Assembly: GCA_951406725.2 (NCBI GenBank)
Contig: OX597814.1
Coordinates: 187,798,001-187,862,000 of the forward strand
Direction of reading: 5' to 3'
Source of the DNA: Octopus vulgaris
Lineage: Eukaryota
DNA length: 64,000 nucleotides
Shown: positions 35,294 to 48,953 of the stretch, piece by piece
Numbering within the stretch: position 1 is the first letter of the stretch
Layout: each line of letters begins with the position of its first letter
Notes under the pieces: generated by a model
Seen by the model: the letters and a program-made list of their open reading frames with translations, nothing else
Told to the model about the DNA's origin: nothing
Database searches by the model: none
Made by a program: the position numbers and the translations under genes

Positions 35294-36589
35294 AACAGAA
35301 TATGCTTCAACACACGAACTCATATAAAGAATCTTGCAAACCAAATCCAAAAACGAAATATAAGTTTTATTTTAATGTTTTTTCTAAACTGTTTCAAATC
35401 ACTGAGGATACTTACTCTCAAAACGAGGACTATTTGCTGTATATAAGGTCATCCACTTAGTGGAACAATTTATAAATTACTGGGCCAGTAGTTTGATGTG
35501 TCAGTAATTTGTTATTCGCTGTGGGGAACCTCATATATGAAGCCATATGTGTACTAAAGTAAACAGTAAGATCTGAGAAAACTAGTGATGGTCTATGTTG
35601 GAAATTAGTGAGTTTAAGCAGTTCAAAAAGGGACTAAACAGGTTTCACTTGAGGAAGAAGGAAAAAAAATTAACATTTTAGGTGGTACCTAGTTTTGGTT
35701 TATTCATCTTGATGTAAGTTGGGGATATTGGGTTGTGAAGTGTGTTAAATGACAAATATCAATAATTTTTATGATGGTTTTAATCCCAAAGGTTTTCCAG
35801 TTGCCAAAACCGGTGGTGGGAACCAATGAAAAATCATAATGTTGGAATATGTTTTTGTTGATATAATTTTATTTAAAACTGACTTTTTTAATTACTCACC
35901 CATGCTAGTCGTCCAACCTATGCTAGTTGTCCAACCTATGCTAGTGGTCGTCCAACCCATGCTAGCATGGAAAGCAGATGTTAAACGATGATGATGATGA
36001 TGATGAAGAATTTTAAAATTCACAAGTAATGAAAAATTAATAAAGAAGTAATTTAGATTTCTTGTAATTACTTGTTTAAGGTAACAAATAAAAATCTGAA
36101 GAAAATTACAACAAATTCTAAGAAAATTAAAAATAAAATAATAGGGTTGCTTATTCTGAAGCAAAAACTTTTTTTTCACATTTTCCTAGAATTTTCATGA
36201 CTAATTGTATTTCATAAAATATGTTTAACAGTAGAAAAATTTTTTGAAATGTAACTTTGCTTGATGGATGTTAACTTCGATTCAGCCTTCCAATGTAAAA
36301 ATATTCTTCACCTCTGAACAAAGCTGTTCAGAGCAAGTGTTAATTACATACATTTAATTTAATTTTAAGGAAGATAACCTTTCAATTTCTATTGTTACCA
36401 ACATAGTAGGCTCATGACTTGTTATTTTTGTTTCTTTTGCTTACATTTTGTTTTGGTTTTTATGAAATGAATTTCCAAAATGATTCTCATTTTTCTTTAA
36501 TAGATATCTTATATACTTCTAGATTATCAGGCACATTCTATAGGAGGTTATTTCATTATTATTCTTGTTATCATAATCCATTACTTTTA

Positions 36590-36773
36590 TTATTATTATT
36601 ATTATCAATTATTATTATTATTACTATTATTATTATCAATTATTATTATTATCATCAATTATTATTATTATTATTATCAATTATTATTATTATTATTATT
36701 AATATTATTATTATCAATTATTATTATTAATATTATTATTATCAATTATTATTATTATTATCAATTATTATCA

Positions 36774-36811
<38 letters not shown>

Positions 36812-36882
36812 CAATTATTATTAATATTATTATTATCAATTATTATTAATATTATTATTATCAATTATTATTATTATTATTA
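36590..36882. repeat. (ATT)n microsatellite with ATCA interruptions
   Basis: Directly visible; followed by an old family A SINE at 36882-37092. Confidence 0.95.
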
Positions 36883-37127
36883 AGGCGGTAAACTGGCAGA
36901 ATCATTAGCATGCCAGGCAAAATGCTTAGCAGTATTTCGTTTGTTGCTATGTTCTGAGTTCAAATTCTGCCGAGGCCAAATTTACCTTTCTTTCATTCCT
37001 TTTGGGGTTGATAAAATAAGTACCAGTTGAGTACTGGAATCGACTCATCCCCTCCCCCAGAATTCCTGCCCTTGTGGCAAAATTTGAAACCATTATTATT
37101 ATTATTATTATTATTATCATTATTATT

Positions 37128-37430
37128 ATTCAGTAGTTTTATTTTTATAGAGTGTTTTCACTTCATTACCGAGCGCAGCTCTGTGTGCCTTTGCTATGTG
37201 CTGTGATGCTCTTATGGTTACTGTATTGAAAGTGTTTTGCATAGGATGTATGCAGTGCCCAGTAGTGCAATTTTCTGTATGTTATATATATTTGTAAGTC
37301 CTAGTGTTTTTGTTATGTATTTGTCTGAATATTTTTTTTATCATACCTAATGTGCCTACTATGATAGGAATTGTTTCTGTTTTTAGATTCCACATTCGAG
37401 TTACCTCTATTTCCAGGCCTTTGTATTTTT
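37128..37430 (-). mobile_element. R4/Dong-clade LINE 3' end inserted in (TAA)n
   Basis: The minus strand reads roughly KYKGLEIEVTRMWNLKTETIPIIVGTLGMI...IQKIALLGTAYILCKTL, the C-terminus of a restriction-like endonuclease. It is flanked on both sides by ATT repeats, the known Dong target. Confidence 0.82.
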
Positions 37431-38405
37431 ATTATTATTTTGTATTATTATTATTATTATTATTATTTTTTTTTTTTTACTTCAGGAAGAAATGGTTTGG
37501 AAGATGTGAAAGTCCTGTGGTTGAAGAATAAAAAACAAAAACAGAAACTGCTTTTTAGTCTGTGATGATATAGTAAATGCATTCCTTAAATTTCAAGTTT
37601 TATATAAAGGCAATTATTCTTTTCAAGAAACATTTTCATTTACCTTATTTGTTGAAACCACCCATCCTCCAATATATGTCAATATTTAACATTCCAAAGA
37701 AAAAACTCTAGTTCTGGGTATGAATGTTTGAAATAAAATTAGAAAACAAATATTGTTCATGGATGAGTTTTTCACATTTCAGAACTAAGGCGATTTTAAA
37801 ACATAACCTTTAGTGAGGGAAGTAGAGTTGATTATATCAACTAAATTACTTTTTAGAAACTGAGAAACGTAAAAAAAAAAAAAGAAAAAAAAAAGAAATA
37901 ATAATGGTTTTCGATTTTGGCAGAAGGCAACCAATTTTCAAGTGCAATTAACACCGGTACTTAGATTGGTATTTTATTTCATTGACCCTGAAATGGTGAA
38001 AGTTGAAGTTGGCCTTGGTGGAATTTGAACTGAGAATGTAAAGAGCTGGAACAAATACTACGAGCCATTTTTACCCAATGCTCTAATGATTCTGCCAGCT
38101 TGCCAATAATAAAACAATGTAGGAGTGCTATGTGGGTGCTTGACTTGCTAGACATAGTACCCAAATTTCCCTTAAACCATTTCCTAACACCTTTAAAAGG
38201 GATACATTGGCTACATTGGTGGGACGTCTTTAAGTTGTAGGACTGTTCAATCAGGGTGAAATTGGAGTTAAAGAATAAAAGGGTATCTTGTTGACAATGA
38301 GAGTAAAAACTGGCTATAAAAGATGCATGGATTAGTCTGGGAGTCTTTCAGTCATTTAGTGCCATAAGATGAAGAGGATGAGATGTAACAATTGAAGATG
38401 ATTAA

Positions 38406-38626
38406 CCCTTTCGTTACTGTATTTATTTTGAGATGCTCTGTGTTTCTTTCAATTACTTTAAATATAACAAAGAATTTAGTAAAATAACTTAGTTATCATT
38501 CAGCTTGTGTTAGGAACATAGTTTGTGACTAAGGTTTGGTGGAAAATTTTAATTCAAAACTTTTGAAAACTAGGCATTTGTACTACAGAGCCAGAGCCAG
38601 TTTCAGCTGCATTGGTAATAAAAGGG
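38406..38626 (-). mobile_element. piggyBac-type MITE
   Basis: TTAA|CCCTTT...AAAGGG|TTAA, an inverted copy of 13173-13392. Confidence 0.85.
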
Positions 38627-38689
38627 TTAAAGAATTGGCCATGACTTGAATAGTTGGAATTGTAATAGTCACCAAATAGTGTGTGTGGT

Positions 38690-38721
<32 letters not shown>

Positions 38722-40293
38722 CATATTCATTGTTCTAAGTTACAGGTCCATTTTCATATTTGTATATGTGCTAATTTTATTAATTACCATCAATAATCTC
38801 ATTTTTTACATTCCTGTTTACAGTCTTGTATTTCTTAGTCTAACGATATTTATTTGCCACTTTTTAATTTTGCTGATACAGAGAAATAAAAATTGTAACT
38901 TCAATTGCACGTGCATTACTTATTTATTTAAAATCTGAGAAAGTATCTTACAATATTCACATATGTATACTTAACTCTGAAAAACATACTTCAATAAATA
39001 TACTTAACTATCTTGCCTTCCTGTAATACATCTTTTGTAAGGAGCATGGTTACTAGTTTGTCATGACTTCATCTTCTGAGGTCTTCTTTTGATCTGCTTC
39101 TACAAAGAGGCACTATTCAATACTAGTTTACTGAATCTTTTCATGTAAAGGAAAATAAAGTCATACACACAATGCTAAAATTTAGGATTATAGAATCATT
39201 GGCACATTTGTCCGTTGTTACAATTGAAGTTCAAATTCCACCAAGGCTGACTTTGTCTTTCATCCCTTTCAGGGTTGATAAAATAAGTACCAGTTGAGCA
39301 CTGGGGTTGATGTAATTGACTAACATACACCCTTAAATTTTCGACCTTGTGCACTTAGCACAAAGATTTATTGTTATTATTATACTTGATAATTAAAATT
39401 GGGGGTCCTATAATGCTTCTGTGAAAGTCTGGCCAACTTATGCAGTTGAACAACACAATGTAAAATAATTACATTAACACACTCTTTCATTCATATCATT
39501 ACTTTAAGCAACTAGGCTGTGGCCATACTTGGGAGAAGCTGTCTAGAATTTAAGTGTCTTTGTTGAAACGCAGTGTATAGATGACAGAAAGAAACACAAA
39601 AGATGACATTAAAAATTTAATATACCTATTATATTAGAACCATATGATTACTGGCTCAGTCTCACCCTATGGTTACCACAGCTGATGTTCTTTACTATGG
39701 CCATGAGTTGACATGTTTTTATGGAATATTGGAAACGAAGGACATTGCTTGTATAATGGTGACACTTGCTTAAGCCTAGGAGACAATTATATTCACGCAC
39801 ACACAAACATACACGATGGGCTTCTTTTTAGTTTCCATCTACCAAATCCACTCACAAGGCTTTGGTAGGCTTGAGGCTGTAGTAGAGGGCATTTATCCTT
39901 GGTGCTACACAGTGAGACTGAACCCAAAACCTTGTCGTTGGGAAGCAAACTTTTTAACCACACATCTACGTCTGGACCTATTGACTGTATTCTTCTAATG
40001 TATAGAAGTAAAACTTAATATTTACATTTTGCTGTTACAATTAAATAATCTTTAGCTTATGAGCTCTTAGTCTGATATTTAACTCTGGTGTCATCACAGT
40101 ATTGCAAACGATTAGGTTCGTATTTCAATGCCTTCCATATTTGATTCGTTTAAATTAAAATTTCAGGGTTATTTCCCTTGTCAATTTTTTTTTTATATCA
40201 TACTTGGTTGGTTCTCAAGACTGATTAAAACTTTATAGTTTACAAACTCAAGTACGCTATACCCACTTTATCAGACACCCCACCCCCATACAC

Positions 40294-40672
40294 AGAGGAG
40301 TGGCTGTGTGGTAAGTAGCTTGCTTACCAACCACATGGTTCCGGGTTCACTCCCACTGCGTGGCACCTTGGGCAAGTGTCTTCTACTATAGCCTCGGGCT
40401 GACCAAAGCCTTATAGTGGATTTGGTAGACGGAAACTAAAAGAAGCCCATCGTATATATATATATATGTGTGTGTGTGTGTTTGTCACCCCAACATCGCT
40501 TGACAACCGATGGTGGTGTGTTTACGTCCCCGTAACTTAGCGGTTCGGCAAAAGAGACCGATAGAATAAGTACTAGGCTTACAAAGAATAAGTCCTGGGG
40601 TTGATTTGTTCGACTAAAGGCGTTGCTCCAGCATGGCCGCAGTCAAATGACTGAAACGAATAAGAGAATAAA
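40294..40672 (+). mobile_element. Full-length SINE family C (CORE-type, OR2-like)
   Basis: tRNA-like head, CORE-like CCTTGGGCAAGT, internal (TA)n(TG)n and tail CTCCAGCATGGCCGCAGTCAAATGACTGAAAC. Confidence 0.88.
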
Positions 40673-40740
40673 TAAATATATACACACACATATATTTCTC
40701 TCTCTCTCTCTCTGTATATATATATATATATATATATACA

Positions 40741-40972
40741 AAATGGGACAAGAACGCAAAACATTCAGATAGACGATACAAAGAAATACAAGGACGGGTC
40801 ATTCGGAGTTTTCTTTCCTCAGTCGAGTTCCAGATTATCTTTGCAATTTCGGCTGGTTATACTCGAGATTGCTCCAATCTGACCAGCCCCCAAGGAAAAA
40901 CTAAGCTAAGAGCATTAGATTCATTGGAAGAAAGCAGCGAATGTATACAAAAACAAGGACGGAAAAAACGGA
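40741..40972 (-). mobile_element. Probable PLE pseudo-LTR fragment next to (TA)n
   Basis: Same architecture as the other TA-anchored ends. The minus strand has a GGCTGG...CCAGCC-GAAA hairpin but no intact CUGANGA. Confidence 0.4.
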
Positions 40973-41168
40973 GGACTGTCTAAATAGCATTATAGGCCCC
41001 AGGCAAATCAATGCACTGGGTCCTGTGGTATTCATTGACAGCAAAATGCAACTTACATAGATCAGAATTGGTCCCTTAGACCCATGACGTACCCAGGCAA
41101 CTGTCCAGTGTGTCTATGCCTTAAGAAGGCACTGCTGCAGACATTTTGTTAAATCTCTGGACAATCTG

Positions 41169-41406
41169 TGGAGGCGCAATGGCCTAGTGGTTAGGGCAGC
41201 GGACTTGCGGTCGGAGGATCGCGGTTTCGATTCCCAGACCGGGCGTTGTGTGTGTTTATTGAGCGAAAAAAACACCTAAAAGCTCCACGAGGCTCCGGCT
41301 GGTGGTGGTTATCCCTGCTGTACTCTTTCACCACTCTAAAGGCGGTGCTCCAGCATGGCCACAGTCAAATGACTGAAACAAGTACAAAAAAAAAAAAAAA
41401 AAAAAA
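41169..41406 (+). mobile_element. Chimeric SINE: family D head/body plus family C tail plus poly(A)
   Basis: GGCGCAATGGCCTAGTGGTTAGGGCAGCGGACT...TTTCGATTCCC, switching at ~41337 to AAAGGCGGTGCTCCAGCATGGCCACAGTCAAATGACTGAAAC. Confidence 0.8.
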
Positions 41407-43055
41407 GTCATTAATCGTACTTTTCGAGCTGAAAACCATTCATAGAACTTCTTTCAGGTAGAAAAATGTAATAAGGATCCCAGTCCGGTAGATATTTATC
41501 TCTCAACCCTTTAGTGTCACTGAACTCCCACTTACTCTATCCAATCCTCTGTACCACTTCACTTATATACTCCTCTCTGTAACTTAAGGGCGTGCCCCAA
41601 TTTATCTTCTTCACCATCTCTCTCTCTCTCCTTTCTTTTTTGCAATTAAGGTAGTCATGTATCTCCTTTACTGCAAGACACCTGTTTGCTCCCTTTTATT
41701 ATAGCGTAACCTTTTATCAACTGGCACAAGGCCACCTTCCTTGAAACTACTCTCTTGTCTTGTAAGTTGGTGATCTCGCTGGTGCTGGTACCCGTAAAAT
41801 GCACCAAGTATATTCTGTAAAGTAGTTGGTGTTAGAAATGGCACCCAGCTGTAGAAACCATGCCAAAGCAGACAGTAGATCTTGGCATAGTCCTCTGGAT
41901 CACCAGCTCCTGTCAAACCGTCTAGCCCATGCCAGCATGGAAATCGGACCTAAAATAATGATGATGAGGATGATAAAATTTGATGTAAGTATTGGATGTA
42001 TGGGTCCTCAACAAATGTGGATATTTGTTTAATAGTATGAAACAAAAGAACGGAAGATAACTCTTGCACAAATGGTTCTGCTAGTAATAATTGTTTCACA
42101 AGTAAACCATCGTGACGAATACTAATCGACTTTTTCGTTTTCCACATGAAACGGAAAATAAGGCTGGAGAAGAAATGCCTGTCGTAAAGTGTGTTTCGTA
42201 AAAGATGGAAGTCTATAGCAAGTATGTTGCGAGTGAAAGAACCTGTTTAAACGAGAATATAAAAAGGAGAAAGCAAAGTCTTCAGTGTGAGTATGTGGTT
42301 TGTGGGGTCGACTGCTTCATTTTTTGTAAATCACTCAGTCTCATTTAATTGTATATATTTTAATTGTTTGTTTCTTCATACGTTTCGTCTCATTCGATAC
42401 CCTGACCCCAATGTTTGTTTCGTCTGCCCTTGTATCGTCCCCTCTTTTTCTCAACCTCATGGTTAATAAAGAAATGTACTGTTATAAATGAAGTCTTTAA
42501 AAACTATAAATCCCCTAACTAGCAGAAAGTTACGGGGTTACCAATGAAAAGTTTGCTACTGGCAAATTTAAATGTAGAAAACTGGGATAGAAAGCGTTTG
42601 TTTGTCATAAGATACAGGAATAAAATATGTCAGTGGTTTCGTTATTATAAACGATGTGTTTATTATAAACATCTGTCTATTTATACTCACAAACAAGTGA
42701 GTTTGTTGGTTATTATGCATGTGGGTCTGTGATGCCTTGTCATGTTGCGTATGCGAAGCTTTGTAAGCAATACTCTACAGAAAAAAATAGCCAGAGAACA
42801 GCTGCTCTTCAGCTATCATTCGATGCCTATCTTCACACTCGACAATACCAATATGAAATGTTCTTATAGCTGACATAATACAGTTCACAGACAGAAGGTA
42901 GTACAAAAGCCTAACCACACTCAGTTCACATGCGCGCGCATTTGAGGATATGTATGTATCTATGTTCCAATTCAAGTACATATTTTGGTATATAATTATA
43001 TACGTATACACACACACACATACAAATATCTTTATGTATTTGCATATATGTGTGC

Positions 43056-43162
<107 letters not shown>

Positions 43163-43169
43163 CATATAT

Positions 43170-43377
43170 ACCGATACTGAAACTAACTTAGCCGGGAAGG
43201 AGATCGCCACTTCCCTTAAACTTGATGACCGAACTGAACCTCTGAGGGTGAAGTCCCCACACTTCACCCTGAAGGACCACAAAAACAATTTCGAAAATAA
43301 ACCATCGGTCCGACTGATTAACCCAACCAAGTCTGACATCGGATCCGTCAGCAAGAAGATCCTGGACAGGATTTTAC

Positions 43378-43381
<4 letters not shown>
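43170..43381 (+). mobile_element. Penelope-like reverse-transcriptase fragment (probably Naiad clade) embedded in (TA)n
   Basis: [37 protein letters not shown] resembles the TLKDHK.NF...P..RLINP.KS.IG..SK motif at the PLE RT start. Long TA tracts lie on both sides. Confidence 0.7.
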
Positions 43382-43442
<61 letters not shown>

Positions 43443-43654
43443 GTACAGGATGTCACAAAACGTAAACAACATGAACTACGAAAACATGAAATCCGAAATA
43501 CGAAGACAAACTTTTTTTTTGCGAACAGCGAGAGAAACAAACGGAAAACAAGACAAGTAACATAAAAAACGACCTTTCATCTATTGTTGGCTGTCTATCT
43601 TATATGTTTATCGTCATTTCATACAAACACGTGAATCCAAGTAGAAATATTCGG

Positions 43655-46600
43655 AGGTACTGCAGAGGAAATAGACTAGTCACGAGGAAGCATCTGTGGC
43701 AGGTCAGCAAAGAATGGCATGAGTCGCGTGACGTAAGATGTGGGGTCCACTGTCAGTAAGTCGACGGGCGCCAACATTTGTCTAGGAAGTGCTAAGGTGG
43801 TGCTATACAGGAGCTCAGCGGAGGAGTAGCCTAAGTCCTCCTTGACAGCTGAGCGGCACCCTAGCAGAACAATGGGGAGAAACTCGGACCAACGATGAGG
43901 GTCAGGAACCGTGCAAATAGCGGCTTCGAGCTGTCGGTGGAATCTTTTCACTATTCCATTTGCGACGGGATGGTAACTGGTGGTGCGGATGTGCTGAACT
44001 CCGAGCAATCTCGAAATCTCACGGAACAGACAAGAAACTTCAAATTGGCGTCCATGATCAGTAGTAATTCTAGAGAGTACTCCGAAGCGAGATGTCCACC
44101 CAGAGATGAGTACTCTGCTGACAGTTTCCGCGGAAATGTTCACGAGAAGGATAGCTTCAGGCCATCTGGAGAACAGTCGATGAAGGTCAATATATAAGTA
44201 AATCTGCAACTGACCGACCAAGGACCAACCAGGTCGATGTGTATGTGACGGGACCTGGTATCCAGTGGCTTGAAGTGTCCAAAAGGTGCTCTCACGTGAC
44301 GGTGCATCTTGGAACGATGACATGGTAGACAGGCACGTGACCAAGCAATAATAGACCGACGCATATTCAGCCAGAAAAAGCGGGCCGAATAAGCTTACTG
44401 TGGCCCGCAATACCGGGGTGTGACAGTGAACGCAATGCTTCAAAAACAGCACGACGTTGGCATTCAGGAACGAGGGATCGTGGTGACCCGGTAGAAACAT
44501 CGCAGAGAATGGTTCCTTCAGAAAAAGGAAGAGGCAGGTGTTCAAATTGCAGCAGCAAAACTGTAGAGAAGAGACGTCCAGAGAGTCCAAGGAGGGCTGA
44601 TCGGTAGTCATAGCAACCAAATTATTCGAAGCAGGAAACGACAATGTAAGCGAGATAAGGCGTCGGCGGGGATGCTGTCAGTCCAGCGATGTGGTGAATG
44701 TCACTAGTGAACTGTGATATATAATCCAATTGTTTTGTTTCTCTGGGCGAGTACCAGTCTGCTTTTGCAAAGAGAACGAACGTTAGCGGTTTGTGGTCGT
44801 TGAAAATCGTGAAGTCTCTACCTTCAAGAAGATAAGAGAATTGCTAAGAGTTCTTTAACAAATACACTATATCTTATTTCGGCATTTTTCAGCTGGTGCG
44901 AGAAAAAGGCTAATAACGTCTGGTTTCGGCTATTTACGGATTGCTCTAAAACTGCCCCTTTAGCAGATGATGACGCATCGACAGTAAATGATAATTTTGC
45001 ATCCAGAAGAGGATGAACGAGGAATGATGCTTGAACAAGGTCAGCTTTGACAGATTCAAAAGCTTGGATGGCTGTAGGAGACAGCGTTATCTGTGCGTCT
45101 TTCTTCCGCTGATCTTTCAAGTGCTGGGTCAAGGGAAGCAACTTCTCCACACATTTAGGAATGAAGCGACGATAATAATTAATTAAACAAATAAAATTTC
45201 GGGGCTGTTTAAAGGAAACAGGAGGAGACAAGCGTTTGATGGCTTCCACTTTACAGGGAAGCGGACGAATACCATCGGCATCAATGAGATGCCCCAAGAA
45301 TTCCAAACTAGTAGAACCGAAGACGCATTTAGCTGGGTTGATCTTCACATCATAGGAACGTAGGCACTTGAACAGCTGAGTCAAGTGTTGGAAGTGCTGG
45401 TCTGGAGTACCACTGGTGATTAAAAGGTCATCGGCGTACGCGAAGACAAAATCTAACCCACCAATGATCTCATCAATGAACCATTGGTACGTGCTGGCCG
45501 CAATACGAACTCCAAACGGTATAGATGAGAATTCAAACGCTCCAAAAGCGTAGTTACAGCTGTCTTTGGAATGTCGTCGGGGTTGACGGGGATTTGATGG
45601 CACGCGCGTATCAAGTTGATCTTAGAAAAAAATCTTACAGCCATGCAGAGCAGACAAAAAATCCTGAACATTAGGAAGGAGATAGCGATCTGCAACAGTG
45701 ACGGTGCTAAGACGTCTAAAATTTCCAACTGGTCGGAAATCAGCGTCATTCTTCCTGGCCATGTGTAGGGGTGCTGCCCATCATAAAGGACTTTGAAGAA
45801 TTGGCATCTCTGATAAAGAACGCACGATAGGGTGAATCGATGGGAGACGACTGACGTGCTCAGTGCCTCCCTGCCTAGTTTCCCTGAGCAGGGCTGTGTA
45901 CACTTCTCGGCCTGTTCCTTGAACTTCTTGTGGTACCTGCAGACTGAAGGAGCAGGAAGTGCGCGAGAAGGAGCAGCGCCTGTTCCTTCCTGCGGAATGA
46001 TTCTACACATGCGTGAAACCTGACGGGTCAGTTCTGCGATAGCCCGCAAGATTTCAGAAGATTGCAAGTCGACCGGAGCAGAAGCAGAATCTCAAGAGGA
46101 AGATGAAGAAGCGACAAGGTTATCTGCGGAGGATGGTGAGCCGGAAAATTCCATAATCCTGTCTGTGGTTGTGGCGAGTTGTTCAAGGGCCGTGTGTTGC
46201 ATCATAGGAGCTAAAACCACCTGGACATTAGAAGGGATCCTCGAGAAAAATAGTTGTTTGACAAATGCTTGTCCCACATATGAGCTATCGGACAACTCCC
46301 GGATTCGTCGCAAAAACTGTGTGGGGGTTCGGTCACCGAGATGCTCATTCTGCAAGAGTGTGCGAAATTTACTCTCAGCCGAGGGAGAGTTACGCAGGAG
46401 AACCTCAGCTTTGAAGGTTTCGTAAGTCATATCCGATGAGGTTCCTGTTATCATATCTCACACTGAAAGTGAGAGGGAAGAAGGAATGCCAGTAAGAGAG
46501 ATGTGGAGTTTGCTCTGGAGCGACTGAACGTTAGAAGAAATGAAGAATGATTCCAGTTGTGAAAACCGCATCTTAGCATCTCCATGATATTGAGGCAAAG

Positions 46601-47622
46601 GAAAATGACTCATCTTGGACGATAATAGGAAAACGGAACGGCACAAGGAACAACTGGTTGAAGAAACGTCGTTAGAAATGGCAGTCAAAACACCCTAGTT
46701 GAAGGAAGACACGATGAACAGCAAACTAAGAAATTTTTTTTTCAATAGCAGAGGATGAAAATAGAAGAAATCCCTGGTAGTTGATAAGGAACAAATTATG
46801 GCCAACGCGTGGATAATCCGGATGTTGAGAGAAAGAAATTCATACCTGGCACGTAGGAAAATTTTCGGTCCATGTGAATTCTGGAAAAAATTCCGGATAA
46901 TATTTTTTCCTTTTTTGTTATAAGCAAGAAGAAAATTCTCTGGGACGCCGTCTCATCAAATGACCAAGTTGTATTTTTGGTTACAATGCGAGGAAAAACG
47001 ATTTGGAGTCTCCTGCTTGAAATGACGCCAAAATTTTCCTGGCAAAGAAGACAATATGACGACGAGAGACATCAGTGGTGTTCCTATATGACGAGAAGCA
47101 ATTTGGTTGCGTAACCAAAGTCGTGAAGGGGAAAAGGGAATACGTATTCACTGGTCTGTGTTCACCATTTTAGATGAATATGTTCATTTTCCACGTCGGC
47201 GACCATTTTAGAAGTCTGTGTTCATGTCGGGTCACCATTTTAGATGGTGTATGTTGTCGTTGAGCCACCTAATATGACTCTCAGAAGGCTGTAATCTCGC
47301 TTGTAGTAAACCCTGATGAAGAGCATATACAAGCAAGGTTGTAACTTTAAACACGTTTATTGTTGCCACACGTATATACACAATGGAATGATAAATAGAA
47401 TGGTTGGTGTGGAAAGAGCCATGGTCTACTGTGCTATGCTCCTGTTTGCAAGCTGGCCTGTGGAATAAGTTAGAGCCAGTCAATTTGCGTCCTCATAGCT
47501 TGCATGTCAGTTCTGAAAAGTGGAAGAGATGAGGTCACGTGTCTGAACCTTAATGTTGTGTAACGTCCTCTATATCTGGCCAGCTTGTTTGACCCGCTGT
47601 CAAGGGGGGTAATGCGCCTACA
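43655..47622 (-). mobile_element. Degenerate Ty3/gypsy LTR retrotransposon (5' LTR ~47239-47622, Trp PBS, gag, RT, RNase H, integrase; no 3' LTR seen)
   Basis: Gag LLQNEHLGDRTPTQFLRRIREL; RT FSKINLIRACHQIPV..DIPKTAV, FAYADDLLI; RNase H TVDASSSAKGAVLEQ; integrase HIHIDLVGP, ITTDHGRQFE, RTTSYHPVANGIVKRFHRQL; PBS TGGTGACCCGAC. The order RT-RH-IN indicates gypsy. Confidence 0.93.
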
Positions 47623-47874
47623 CAACTATACCTGGGCTGCCGCATTCACATCTGGTTTCTGTTTTTGTCGGAACATTCCCCTAACACCCTTTATTTTCAA
47701 AGAGTGAGTACTCTCTGGTTCTAATGAACTTTTAGTATGGCTGTCAGCATAAGTACAGGAACAATAATTGCTTTGAAGGTGCAAACCCAGATCCATATTT
47801 ATTTTTAAAAACAAGGGCAATTTTTTTTCAGTCGTAATATCAAAACAAATACAGGTATAACAACAACAACAACA

Positions 47875-48275
47875 ATCCTTTCTACTAAAGGCATAAGACC
47901 TGAAATTTTTGGGGAAGGAGCAAGTCAATTACATCGACCCCATTGCTTTACTGATACTTAATTTATCGATCCCGAAAGGATGAAAGGCAAAGTCGATATC
48001 GGCAGACGCTAAGCATTTTGTTCAGCGTGCTAACGATTCTAATTTCTTTACTACCCACAAGGGGCTACAGATAGAGGTGACAAACAAGGAGAGACAAAGG
48101 GATTAAGTCGATTATATCGACCTCAGTGCGCAACTGGTACTTATTTAATCGACCCCGAAAGGATGAAAGGCAAAGTCGACCTCGGCGGAATTTGAACTCA
48201 GAACGTAACGGCAGACGAAATACGGCTACACATTTCGCCCGCCGTGCTAACGATTCTGCCAGCTCACCGCCTTAA
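47875..48275 (-). mobile_element. Two adjacent family A SINE copies (one old, one young)
   Basis: Reverse-complement family A sequence; the 48042-48274 copy is full length. Confidence 0.82.
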
Positions 48276-48476
48276 ACAACAATAATAATCAACTCAGATA
48301 AATCCAATAATCGAAAAGTACTGTTTTTAATCAGTCCGAAAATTTTTCCACGCTCCATTGTTTTGGCGATGAAGTTTTCTAGGAGGATATTCAAAGCGTT
48401 TTCATTGCGCCACAAAAATATTAGGTGCTACGCTTGTACCCTCTGTTCTCCAGCCTATGACTCTCGGGACAATCTT

Positions 48477-48953
48477 GGAAAGACTTCCGCCCGTCCCCCG
48501 CTATTTTCTCCCAAATTTGATTACCTCTGTGATTTTTTTTTGCCCAAAATCCCTCTTTTCGGATACGGAAGTTCCGAAAAATTGCCAAAAATCGGCATTG
48601 TGAAAATTCTCCCCCAACACTAACCCTAAAACCCTAACCACAAGTACAGAAATGATTTGAAATTTTTGTTCGAATCATGATGCCCGTATTTTTCCGCATA
48701 TTTAGGAAAAAAAAAAATTCTTAAAAAAAAAATTTTACTAAGATTTTTGGAAATTTTTTTCAGAATCATAATCTCCGTACTTTTCCGCATATTTTGAAAA
48801 AAAAATTGTGAAAAAAGTTTAAAATGAAGGAAATGGGGGTGGGGTAATTTAGAAATGTCGATTTTTGCCAATAACGGGGTTTGTGTAAAAAAAAACCCAA
48901 CCTTTTTTAAAGGGTGGTTTTTTGGGGAGACGGGGACTGGCGGAATTCTTGCC
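48477..48953. mobile_element. MITE with GG...CC TIRs and internal telomere-like CCCTAA repeats
   Basis: GGAAAGACTTCCGCC / GGCGGAATTCTTGCC with internal CTAACCCTAAAACCCTAACC. A partial copy lies at 3815-3997. Confidence 0.65.

Noticed and set aside
40840-40895. Hammerhead in a third TA-anchored repeat
   Set aside because: Stem II and GAAA are present, but the CUGANGA core and UH site are not recognisable.
43676-45603. 322-aa and 259-aa ORFs as host or domesticated genes
   Set aside because: Frameshifted pieces of a decayed gypsy pol with damaged catalytic motifs.
47310-47350. CTGATGAAGAG as a hammerhead core
   Set aside because: No closing stem II followed by GAAA; it lies inside the gypsy LTR.
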